The notes beneath the pieces were generated by a model. It saw nothing but the letters and a program-made list of their open reading frames with translations, made no database searches and was not told the DNA's origin. Source: Camelus ferus (lineage: Eukaryota). From it: 64,000 bases of DNA. Below are positions 1 to 11,430 of this stretch, one piece after another. Both the position numbers and the translations under genes were made by a program. The stretch is taken from the NCBI RefSeq assembly GCF_009834535.1, contig NC_045697.1, positions 99,698,001 to 99,762,000 on the forward strand, in the 5' to 3' direction. The stretch's first letter is position 1. Each line of letters begins with the position of its first letter.

Positions 1-769
1 CCCCTCTTTGTAGTTAATGGGCTGAATTAATCCAGTTTGCTCTAATGTCAAAAATATCTAAATAGTTTCATGTGAAATCACTCCTAAAAGAAGAGAATCT
101 TTTATACAGCAGAGGAATGCTTAGCAGCTTCTTTAGAGATGCCAGTTTCTCTCCAGGAATCTACTGATAACACACACTTCAAATGTCATAATTGGTACTC
201 AGAGCCCTTAGAGATGTTTCTTGGGTTATTGCTTAGAAAAAGCTCTGAGAAATCCCATTGTAAACACTAGCTTCCAATGTGCTTCATTACTGATACTGAT
301 ATTTTGAGATCATGATAGAATGTGAGAATCCTGATTAGTTTACTAACTTTCTTCATGTTGGACTTTCTTCAGCTATGTTACCCCCAACACCCATTAACGT
401 GCACACACACACACACACTTATATCTCACACACCCCATTTAAAAATGAGAGAAGATGATTTGTTATATAACTATATTGACCTTTATGTTTATGCTTTTGA
501 ATCCTGTTTTAGGGAAGATTTTATTTTAATAAAGATTTGTATCCTTAACTTAACCTCCTTCCTAGCATTATTAATTCTGTGAGATATGGTAGATATGTTA
601 CAAGGTCCATTCTAGTCTTATTAATTCTATGATACATGGGAGACTAGTCATGCTGAATTTGAAATTGTAGGCTATGTTAGGATTTAAGGTACTTAATTCC
701 ATTCATTCATTCATATTACGGAGAGACAAGCAACCCACAGATACTTTTTTACCTGATCTGATTTTCCTT

Positions 770-2262
770 ATCTTTTTAAAAATTTTATTGAGGTGAAATT
801 CACATAGCATGCAATTAAGCATTATAAAGTATATAAGTCAGTGGCATTCAGTGCATTCCCAATGTGGTCAACCACCACCTCTCTCCAGTTTCAAACTTCA
901 TCACCCCAGAAAAATATAATCATTCCACATTCCCTCCTTCCCTGTTCCCTGCTTTATGTCACTAAGAACTTGCCTATTTGAAATATATCATATACAAGGG
1001 ATCATAAAATATGTGACTTTTTGTATCTAGCTTCTTTTACTTAACATAATGTTTTCAAGGTTCATCTAAGTTGTCGCATGTGTCATTACTTTGTTTCTGT
1101 TTATTGAATAAAATCTCATTGTATGTACATATCACAATGTATTTATCCATTTATCCATTGATGGGTATTTGGGTTGTTTCTACCTTTTGACTTCTATGAA
1201 TAATGTTGCTATAAACATTCATACACAAGTTTCTGTGTGGACATTTCATTTCTCTTGGGTAAATATCTAGGAGTGGAATTGCTCGGTCACTCTATGTTTA
1301 ACTTTTTAAGGAACTGCCAAAATGGTTTCCACAGTGTCTGCACCATTGTACATTTCCACTAGCAATGTACAAAGGTACTTATTTCTCCATATCCTTGCGA
1401 ATACTTATTTGCCATTTTTGTTGTTTTTATTAAAGCCACCCTAATGGGTGTGAAGTGGTATCTCATTGCGGTTTTGATTTGCATTTTCTAATGGTCAGTG
1501 ATACTGAATATCTTTCACTTGCATATTGGCCATCTGTATATCTTCTTTGGAGAAATGTCTGTTCATCTTCTTTGCCCGTTTTTAAAATTGGGTTGTTCAT
1601 CTCTTTGTGCTGAGTTGTTAAGAGTTCTTTATATATTCTGGATATTAAACTCTTATCAGCTATGTGATTTGCAAATATTTTCTTCCATTCTGTATACTGC
1701 CTTTTCACAGTTTGATAATGTCTTTTGACATTATCAAAACACACAAATGGTTTTAATTTTTATGAAATCCAATTTATCTATTTATTCATTTGTTGCTCAC
1801 ATTTTTGGTGTCAAATCTAAGAATTCACTGCCAAATTTATGGAATCCTCAGATTCATATGGAAGAGCAAGGGACCCTGAATAGTCAAAACATTATTTAAA
1901 GAAGAAAATGTTGGAGTACTCACCCTTCCTGATTACAAAGCTTACCACAAAGCTACAGAAATCAAAACAGTGTGGTACTGACATACATACCAATGGAACA
2001 GAACCATGATTCCAGAAATAAACAAAAACATCTATGGCCAATTGATTTTTGACAAGGATGTCAATACCATTCAATGAGGGAAAGAATATTCTCTTCAAGA
2101 ATTGGCATTGGGACGACTGGATATCCAAACACAAAAGAATGAAACTGCACCCCTACCTCACTCCACATACAAAAATTAACTCAAAATGGATCAGCAACCC
2201 AAATTTAAGAGCTAAAACAATAGAACTAGTAGAAGAAAACACAGGAGTAAGTATTTGCCATA
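770..2262 (-). mobile_element. 5'-truncated, 5'-inverted L1 (L1MA/MB-like): 3' part on - (~770-1838), inverted ORF2 part on + (~1843-2262)
   Basis: L1 ORF2-like peptides in ORFs 1463..1744(-) (EWKKIFANHIADKSLISRIYKEL) and 2049..2267(+) (KRMKLHPYLTPHTKINSKWI). Confidence 0.85.
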
Positions 2263-2574
2263 GATAATTTAAATCCACAGATAACTCTACACTCCAATTA
2301 AAAGAACATCTTCTCCATCATAACTTTGCCCAAAGACTACAGGAATGGTAGCAAGGATGACTGACTTGAGTTTAATCTCTTTTCATCCTCTTGTCCATTA
2401 GGGTAGATATTTCATGAGAAGGTAATTAGAAGGTAATTGAAGGTAATTAGAAAGAAGGAAAAAAAATCAAATGCCTAGGCTAATCCTAATGAAAATTGGC
2501 CATGAGTAACAAAAATAAAACCAAAATACACAATTTGAACCAAATGCACCCTTTGATTTCTAAACTCTTAGCCA

Positions 2575-2780
2575 GGGACAGGGTATGCAGTGGTTAAGAG
2601 CATAGACCCTGGATCCAGAGGGCCTGGATTCCAATCCCGGACTAACTTCACTGCCTGTCTTCTATTTAATCTCTCTCCATGCCTCAGCTCCCTCATCTTT
2701 AAAATGAGAATAATATTAGTGCTTATTTCATGGCATTGTTTCCTAGCACATAGTAAGTACTTAAGTGTGTGCTATTATTT
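2575..2780 (+). mobile_element. MIR SINE
   Basis: gcagtggttaagagcatag…ttccaatcc…cctcagctccctcatctttaaaatgagaataata core. Confidence 0.8.
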
Positions 2781-2849
2781 CTAGGACTGATAGATGATGG
2801 ATCAGGCAAGAGAGATGTTTCTATGCTTTCATGATGATACAGAAAGTTG

Positions 2850-3260
2850 CTAGAATGAGCAGCTTCTATGGTGGCCATGAACATGTGCCTGGTAGACCTC
2901 CAACTTTGGTGTAACTGACTAAGGGCCCAGAGGCTGTGCTCTGAAATCCATGACCACATTGCACAAAGGTCTCACTTCCTACCAGCTGCTCCAGCCAGTA
3001 ATTAAGTACTGCAGGAAGGCCATTCCTGAGAGGCACAGGACTCCTCTTATGGTTAATTTTGGCTCAAGTACTCTTTGACAACCTTGTTGAAATTTAGTCT
3101 GAAAGGCAAGCTGGACTTTCCATCCTGCTTTGTCTTCACTCTGGGACAGTCTTGCATTATGGTTTGATGGCTCTCCTAAACTTTCCTGGTTCCCTCTCTG
3201 TATTCTTTCACCCTTTTAATCCCACCTTAGTGCCTGATACTTAGAAGACTTGAACTAATA
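2850..3260. mobile_element. Degraded ERVL-type LTR (family uncertain)
   Basis: Resembles old ERVL LTR ends (aatcccaccttagtgcctgatacttagaagacttgaactaata); recognised from memory only. Confidence 0.4.
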
Positions 3261-4734
3261 AAGTCTGGCATTCAAAGCTCTCTTACATACTACCTTAAGC
3301 CACATGCCATCTTATCTCCTACCTCTTAGCTTCGTGTATCTTTCCCTCTTGGTTTCCTAAAGTACCTAATGCTTCCCATCTCTGAGCCTTTGCCCATGCC
3401 CCCTCACTGAGAAAGCACTTACCTCCTGGCCACTTTTCCCTATTGGATGCCACTTGTCATTGATCATGTATCTCAAATGTCACCTTCTCTAAGCCTTTCA
3501 AGATCTGCCAACCAGGTATACTCTATACCCTTACCTAAACTGCAAGGACCCTTGCCTTTGAGCTTTTTATAAGCTTATTAACAGCAATAACTATCTCCTG
3601 CTTTGAACCCTCCAAAGTCTCCAGCTTGTACAGAATAGGCACTCAATATTTGTAGGATATAATTGGAAAATTAGGGGGAATTCTTCCCTAGGATTTAATT
3701 GTTAACATTCAGGATTTCCAACAGCTTACATCCATTTTGCTTGATATGGCAGCAATGAACTCAGATGAATAAAAAGAAATCCTATGTATCAAGTACTTAG
3801 GGTAGAATGTAGCATGTAGTAACTCAATTTTAATATCTGCTTAAAATTCTTCACCAAATTTGGCTGATTCCCACCCCCTCCAAAGGAAAGATGATGTGAA
3901 ATTCTAAAACAGTTTTGGGTTTGTCTGTATATATAAATGGGGACTAGGGGATCAAGAAAAATAGTTGTAAAAGAATGCTTCCTCCTCTAACAAAGGGCCC
4001 TTGGCCTAAGGGCTGGCAAAGGCAACTTCCCTTCCCTTTAGCTCCTCCAGAAATGAAAAGGGAGATCCTGGCATTTTAACAAGCTTCCACATTGTGAAGT
4101 ATATAAACAGTAATATGAGAAGGCACCGATGAGCTCAGTATGTAGAGAATCTTACTTTCTCACATATGTGTGATTGTCTGTGGTCATTACTGTAACTGAC
4201 ACTTATTAAGTGCATGTTATTCACGTTTAATCCTTACTAAAGACTTATCCTGATACAGGACAGGAAACAGGCTTGGTGACCAAGTCATGCTGCTAGGTCA
4301 CTGACCCAAATCCCAAAGAAGTTTATTGTAGGCATCCAAAAGATATGTTGATCATATAAAATTCAACTTCTACCCCCAACCTTATCCAGGGCTTTTGGGG
4401 CAATGCTCTTGGGCAATTCAGCCCAAGGAAACTGACACTGGAAAGAAGGCAAGGTTTGGCATCTAGCCAGAGTACAGCAGCAGTGCAACTCAACAGCTTC
4501 AGGTAAAGGGTTGTAACTCTTTAACTTTGATCTCTAACCATTTCCGGCGAGGAACACAACATTCAGTAAGAACTCCTCAGGTGGAAAGCAGGAAGAGGGT
4601 GGCTAGTGCAAGGATCAGATAGCACCTGCATGGACACTCATTTATTAATGATTTATCAAGGGCAATCACATGAGAGGACTGCCATTTTTCCCTGCCCTCA
4701 TTTTTCTCACTAACAGGCCTGAAAAGTGAACAAG

Positions 4735-4804
4735 ATGGATGGGTCCAGCAAACAGCAAGAGGAGGATAGTACTTTCACCAACATTTCTCTTGCAGACGAC
4801 CCAG
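4735..4804 (+). CDS. SCOC: SCOC distal alternative coding exon (exon 4717-4804) encoding MDGSSKQQEEDSTFTNISLADDP, including the LIR core FTNI
   Basis: Pyrimidine tract tttttctcactaacag (acceptor AG 4715-4716), ATG at 4735 in good context (aagATGg), donor CAG|gtaagg after 4804. The phase-1 end joins the 37984 exon in frame. The peptide matches the recalled human isoform N-terminus MDGSRKEEEEDSTFTNISLADDI. Confidence 0.92.
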
Positions 4805-7573
4805 GTAAGGAAGAAGCTGATGAATTCTGAAACATAAAATTCAGCAACTGCTCAGCAGTTGTTTAAAAAATATAAGTTTTATTGTTTTTATTATATGGTA
4901 AATCATACTCATTGTAGAAAACTTGAAAAAATATAACTACAAAAATAAAACAAAAAGTTTTCATTTAAGAGCTATTTTCTTTTTCCATTAAAATTGAGTG
5001 ATTATTGTAAAACTTTCTCTACTTTTTAAAATAAGTCGACAAATAGAAAATGTTTACTTACAAAAGCTCTGGAAACATGACGTTAAAGTTGCTAAAACAA
5101 CCTATGCTATTATTACCATAATTTGTTCAATTACAGTCCATTCTTTTCCTATTTTGTGAAATAATTTGATCATTTCTGAAAAATGAACAAGAATATGCTG
5201 CAATTTGCTTTTAAAATTATGTCAGAAAACGTCTGGTTTCTAAGCAAGGACCAAGTTTGCTGAATTCAACATGAGAGAAGGAAAAAAAGGGAGAGTAGTG
5301 GTTCTAAAATGCTGATGGAAGGGTAACATGGCTCATTCAACATCCCAGAGAAAACAGACAATGCTGAGTCACATGTTAACTGGAAACACTTCAAACCTAT
5401 AAGCACCCACGTCTCGTGTGTGCGTGTGCGTGTGTGTGCGTGTGTTGGCAGCAGTGTTTTGCATCCAAGTTCCCTTAGCACAATCATACATAGTAAGAAG
5501 CCAGCAAGACTGCAGCTAAGCAACGGGGGTTACTGATTTTGATTAACAGAGAGCAGAGCATGAATATTTAACATCAATTGCTCTTTCATACAGCCACGCT
5601 TCTTCACTTTCTCCCTAAATGCTCAGATTCAAAAAGCCTCTTTCTAAACTGTGGCCAGACAATTAGCACCAACTGCCAGCCCGTCCGGGCTAAGCCTCCC
5701 CTCCTGGCACCGCATAAACATGCTTCAGGGGCTTTGAAAAACAAAGAGGAGCATTTTCAGCTCTCTGACAGGAGGAAAGGTACAAAGTACTGCGGCTGTT
5801 GAAGAAGTGGGATACCGCTGGTCTTAACATGCTCTCACCAGGGTGTTATAGAAAAACGACAGAGCTGCAGTCAGCAGCGAAAGAAACAAAGACCAAGGGA
5901 AACCTGCTACTTAGCTTCTAGGAGTTAGGAGTGCTGAACATGGGCGTGGGGAACCTTAGATGCTGTGGGCGGGTGCAGTTCAGACAGGGTGCTTGCTTGC
6001 TCCAAAGTCGCCCCCGCCCAGGATTCTTTCTCCGTCTAAACGTGGGCTGGGCCTGAAAGCCTGAAGCTGGGCAAGAGCCTTTCCATAACTACTCTCTCTC
6101 ACTTCCAGCCCTGGGCACTGCCTCAGCTCTGCCCTCCACATCTCATCCTCAGCCACCCTCACATTTCCAGGGCAGACAAAAGCAGAGGAGGGCGGGGATT
6201 TGAATTCAGGTGTCCAATCCACTGTTGGCAATGGTTTTGAATGGGACTCCGTCAAAGTTGCTTGCTTACAATAAACTGGGATGTGTAAAGCGGGTTGGTG
6301 GTGAGACATGGCAGCCCAGCGAGGGCTCCGATGGTTCCTTGCTCTCACTCAAGACTTCCTCATCCTTGGTTGGCCGAATCACATAATCTTAGGGCACAGG
6401 GGCCTTATGGGATGGTCCAGCATGGGAACAAGGTGGGCTGAGGCACTAGCACTAATTTGTGCTGTTTCAGTATTCCAAGATGGCAAATGGAAATTCACGT
6501 TCTGGTAACAGAAAAGAACTGACACCCCATTTGGGGGGGGGGGGGTGGTTGTAGACAACTGTATCGATTTGATGTGATAGTACTGGTTTCCTGTTGTTAA
6601 TCAGAGGTTCTTGGTCTTTGATTAATAAAAACAGGAAGACAAAGTATTATGAAATAAATACAGCTTGTTCATAATTTCACATTAGATGGAGCTGCACTTC
6701 TTTCAATGGCATCTCTTTCCAGGCTGGGTTTCCTGTGGTTAGTGTGATAAAAAGCAAGTTCTGTGTATAAATCAACGTAGAACAGGTAGTAAGGGTGTCA
6801 GTTTGAGAAGACTGAGGAAGTTGTGAAATGCCCAAGAGGCACACATATCCTATGAAGTAAGTGAGTGGGTTTATTTCAGAATGAAATTAAAAAGAGACGG
6901 AAATTTCTTTCAGCTTAGATGAAATAGTTTTTTCAAATGGTTACTAAGTTTTAAGGATACAAATACTTATTAAGATGTCTGAACTTGAATACTTAATTCT
7001 TAGAGCTGTTTTGTATTTCTCCTGGCCTTGGAAACACCGTGAAAAAATTACTTAAAATGAAGGGCACTGTGAACTAAGGTAGTTTGGGAATCTCTGGTCT
7101 AAGCTGTCCTGCGGCTGCCCTGGCCTTGCTTCTGGGTGAGACACACAGTGCAGGACAGACATCTGATAGTATTGATCTGTCCTTCCTTCCTGTGTTTCTG
7201 ATCCCCTGGCTCTGTGCTGCCACACTTCTCAGGTTCTCCTTTGACCTCTCCTTGTCATTCGCAGGCTCTTTTGGGAACCCCTTCTCTCAAGCGTTTCCCC
7301 AAGATTCTGCCCTTCGCCTGCTTTTCTCCTCTCTCTGGATACACGCTCCAGATGCTCTCATCCACTCCTCTTTAGTTCCATTCCTACCACCTATATTATA
7401 TTCCAGTGACTCTAAAACAGAGCTTGTAAATTCAAACACCTTTAGGGCCAAGCCATGCACTTGTGGGAAAGAGGCAACGGTCTATGAATGTGTATTTCAT
7501 TCAGTTTCCCAAACAAACTATTGACATTTCAATTCTTTTTTCAGTTTCCTAGGTCCTTCATCATGTATCTTTT

Positions 7574-9455
7574 TTTTCAGTTTTTAAAAATTGTATACTA
7601 ATGCAGTAAGAGCACTTAAAATGAGATCTACCTTCTTAACAGATTTTTAAGTGAACAACACAGTAATTTTTTTAGGCTTTTTTGGGGGGAGGAGAGTTAA
7701 TTAGATTTGTTTGTTTATGTATTTATGTATGTATGTATGTATGTATGTATGTATGTATGTATTTATTTATTTATTTATTTAATGGAGGTACTGGGGATTG
7801 AACCCAGGATACAGTACAGTATAATATAGTACAGTATAATACAGTATTGTTAACCACAGGCACAATGTTGTACACCAGATCTCTAGAACTTAATCATCTT
7901 ACATTCCTGAAATTTTATAGCCATTGATTAGCAACTGCTACCAGCCCCTGCAGTCATCATTTGTTCTTTGCTTCCATGAGTCTATTTTAGATACCTCATA
8001 TAAGTTGCAATCCACAATGTTTGTCCTTCTATGACTGGCTTATTTTACTTAGTATAAGGTCCACAGGTTCATCCATGTTGTGGCAGATTTCAGAACTTCA
8101 TTTTGAAGGCTGAATAATATTCCATTGCGTGTATATACTACATTTTTGTTCATCTGTTCATCCGTTGATGGACGTTTAGGTTGTTTCTATATCTTAGCTA
8201 TTGTGAATAGTGTAGCAATGGATATGAGAGTGCTAATATTTCTTCAAGATCCTGATTTCAATTCTTTTGGATAAGTATCCAGAAGTGGGATTGTTAATCA
8301 TGTGGTAGTTCCATTTATAACTTTTTGAGGAACTTCCATACTGTTTTCCATAGTGACTGTACCATTTTACATTCCTACCAGTAGTGTAAAAGGGTTGTAT
8401 TTTCTCCATATCTTCGTCAACACTTGTTGTCTTTTTTTTTTTTTTGATAGCCATCCTAACAAGTGTTAGGTGATATCTCATTATGATTTCGATTTGCATT
8501 TCCCTGATGACTAGTCACAGTGAGCATCTTTTCACTTACCTGTTGGCCATTTGTATGTCTTCTTTGATGAAATATCTTTTGAAGTCTTTTGCCCATTCTT
8601 AATTGGGTTATTATTGGTTTTTGGTTATTGAGATGCCCCTTATATATTTTGGAAATTAACCTCATATCAGATATATCATTTACAAATATTTTCTCCCATT
8701 CTGTAGTTTGCCATTATACCATTTTGATTGTTTCCTGTGCAAAAGTGTTTTTGTCTGATGTAGTCTTCCTTGTCTGTTTTTGCTTTTGTTGCCTGTGCTT
8801 TTGATGTCATATCTGTGAAATTATTGCCAAGACCAATGTCACAAAGCTTTTCCTCTATATTTTCTTCTAGGACTTTTATAGCTTCTGGTCTTACATTTAA
8901 GTCTTTAATCCATTTTGAGTTGATTTTTGTGTATGGTGTAAGATAAAGATCCAATTTCATTCTTTTGTATGTGGCTAGTTTTCCCAACATCATTAATTAA
9001 AAAGCCTATCTTTTCCCAATTGTGTATGCTTGGCACCCTGTTGAAGATCAGTTGATCTATATGTATAGATTTATTTCTGGGCTCTATATTCTGTTTCAGT
9101 AGTCTATAAGTCTTTGTGTCAGCATCACACTGTTTTAATTACTATGGCTTTGTAATATATTTTAATTACACTGAAATCAGGAAATGTGATGCCTCTAGCT
9201 TTGTTCTTTTTTTTTTTTTTTCCTCTCAAGATATTTTGGGCTATTTGGGGGTATTCTATGGTTTCATATGAATTTTAGAATTGTTTTTTCTATTTCTGTA
9301 AAGAATTGAGATCCCAGTGGGGTTTTTAGTTGGAACTGCACTGAATGTGTAGATTGCTTTGGGTAGGATGGAAATTTTAAGAATATTAAACTTGTGCCCT
9401 GAAAATTACAAAACACTGATGAAAGAAATTAAAGAAGATACAAATAAATAGTGAA
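7574..9455 (-). mobile_element. 5'-truncated L1 (L1MA-like) with short 5' inversion and 16-bp target site duplication
   Basis: ORF2 C-terminal peptides (8676..8993, 8233..8499: MRYHLTLVRMAI, LDLYLTPYTKINSKWIKDLNVRP). TSD tcatcatgtatctttt at 7558-7573 and 9456-9471. Confidence 0.92.
7666..7809 (-). mobile_element. 5'-truncated tRNA-derived SINE (camelid vic-1-like) with (TATG)n/(TATT)n microsatellite, nested in the L1 3' UTR
   Basis: Minus strand reads tcctgggttcaatccccagtacctccattaaataaataaa…ctaattaactctcctccccccaaaaaa: B-box GGTTCAATCC plus A-rich tail. Confidence 0.75.
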
Positions 9456-10039
9456 TCATCATGTATCTTTTAAATATAGCAGATATTACTCTTCACAATG
9501 GTGCCTCAGGTTTCACTCTTTCAGTAGGGACAAGCTTTGTTTGCACATCGAATATATGGGAACATTCTTCATTTCTCGCCACCATTTTCCTTGAAACACA
9601 CAGTCCTCTTGGACTGGACTTCATTTTCTACTTTTGATTAAGATAAGAGAACAATAAAAGTTTACTTTTCTCTTAACTCTACTGTGAGAAGGGCGCCAGA
9701 GCAATGGTGATGAGGAAATGGCAACCCAAGTGGACCCTCTGGGCCCGGGGTCTGGCCAGGTGAGGACTGAGGCCCCTGGAGAGCAGGGGTCCTGCTCAGA
9801 GAGCCAAGCTGCTTCCCCCTTCTAGCTGATTGTTGTCATGGAAGAAGAGAAATGCAAATAAGCAGCATTCTCAAGCAACACCAAAAATACCAATTTTTTT
9901 TGGTGCAGCTTCCTGATTCTTCCATGTTTTCCACTTAATCCTAATTTTAAAAATGACATCATGGAAGCCAAACAAAACACATGTGCAGGACAGGTGTAAC
10001 TGCAGAAGAAACTACTTTCAGATTTCTGTTCTCAAGTCT

Positions 10040-10975
10040 TTATCATTTGTCTTTATATGAGTTTCTGATTCATAATCCTACTGCTTGCTAGACACCTAGG
10101 TACGGGGTCAGATGAACTCATCTTACCCCGTGCCCACCCCCTAATCTGCTTCCCACTTCTGACTCATAATTTTAATGAATGATCCTATCAACCATCCAGG
10201 TCCTTAAGCTAGAAATTCACATCATTGTCCTATTCTCATTTCTCACAACCCAATCAATCACTGATTCCTGTTGACTTGACCTTGAAAATGTTTCTCAGAT
10301 CAATCTGGCTTTCTCCATCCCTGTCATCACTTCCCTGATCAAGTTCTCACTATCTCCCACATAAACCACAGCATCAACCTCTCAACTGTTCTTCCTCTTT
10401 CAGTTCTTCTCCCTTCAAATCTCTCCTCCACACTGACCATATCACACCCTTTCCCTGCAGAGAATAATCAGAGCCTTGCATCCCCTGCTGGATGAAGTCC
10501 CAGACACTAATGTGGCATTTAAAGTCTCCCTCTTCCTGGCTCTGTCTGTCTCTTTAGCGTCCTTTCCTGCCACACAGTTTGGCCTCAGTAAGAAATACTT
10601 AATGTTCTACCCACATGCTGTCTATTTCATGCCTTTGGACTTTGTTTGTGCTGCTCTTTGCCTGGAATAACACCACTCACCTTTTCTTGCCTGGCTAATT
10701 CCTGTTCATCCTTAAAGAAGCCACTCAGGCATCACCTCCTCTAGGAAGCATCTCTTGACCTTCCCAAGCTGAGTTAGGTTTCCTTTCTCCTTCCTGAGAA
10801 CTCCAAACTTATCTCTATCTATATTTTTTTCACAGCATGTTATACTTGTATATGGGTACCCCCCTCAACCCCGCCTAAGAAGACTGTGAGCTGCGAGAAG
10901 ATGCAACCTGGGTTTTAAAATGTCTGCACTCTGACACCTAGCCAAATGTCTGGCAACTAACAGACACTAAAACCA
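10040..10975 (-). mobile_element. L2 LINE 3' fragment
   Basis: Typical L2 motifs: ctggctaattcctgttcatcctt…catcacctcctctaggaagc…gactgtgagct…cacctagc…tctggca. Confidence 0.7.
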
Positions 10976-11269
10976 TTTTCCCCAAAGAATTCTGATTGAG
11001 TCTGTGTGTATATTGGGATGAGGGCCAGTTAGGCAGGCTGGCCCCTAGCTGAGAATCAACTTTAGGGTCAGCTTTCCTAAGTTATTTCTAGTTTGTAGAG
11101 TTTCTTTCCCATATCCACTCCTGGGTCAGTCAGTTCTGCTTTCAGAAAACATTTATTGAGTTATCATAATATTATATATATTATTATTATAAGTTAACAT
11201 TTATTGAGTTATTATACTATCACATGCCAGGTAGTAGACAGGACCTGGCTATTTGGAGAACTGGCTCAG

Positions 11270-11430
11270 GGTAGTGAGGCAGAAAGGGCTTTGAGTCAGA
11301 AAAGCTTAGATTTGAATCTGTTAGACTTTGAGTAAGTTATTTAACATCCTTGAGCCTCAGTTTCCTCAGCTGCAAAACCATCATAAGAATATGTCTCAGA
11401 ATTGTCTTGAGATTAAATGAAATAATAAAG
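11270..11430 (+). mobile_element. MIR SINE
   Basis: gctttgagtcagaaaagcttagatttgaatc…aagttatttaacatccttgagcctcagtttcctcagctgcaaaa. Confidence 0.75.

Noticed and set aside
2417..2454. gaaggtaatt(a) x3 as a CRISPR-like or regulatory array
   Set aside because: No spacers; simple short tandem repeat in a mammalian genome.
6533..6545. G13 homopolymer as a G-quadruplex element
   Set aside because: Isolated homopolymer of uncertain length with no functional context.
7084..7524. 146-aa hydrophobic ORF (also 17299..17634)
   Set aside because: Non-ATG start, CT-rich or degraded L2-like sequence, no recognisable domain or splice support.
7790..7809. tRNA T-arm-like GGTTCAATCC on the minus strand
   Set aside because: Part of a truncated SINE; no cloverleaf.
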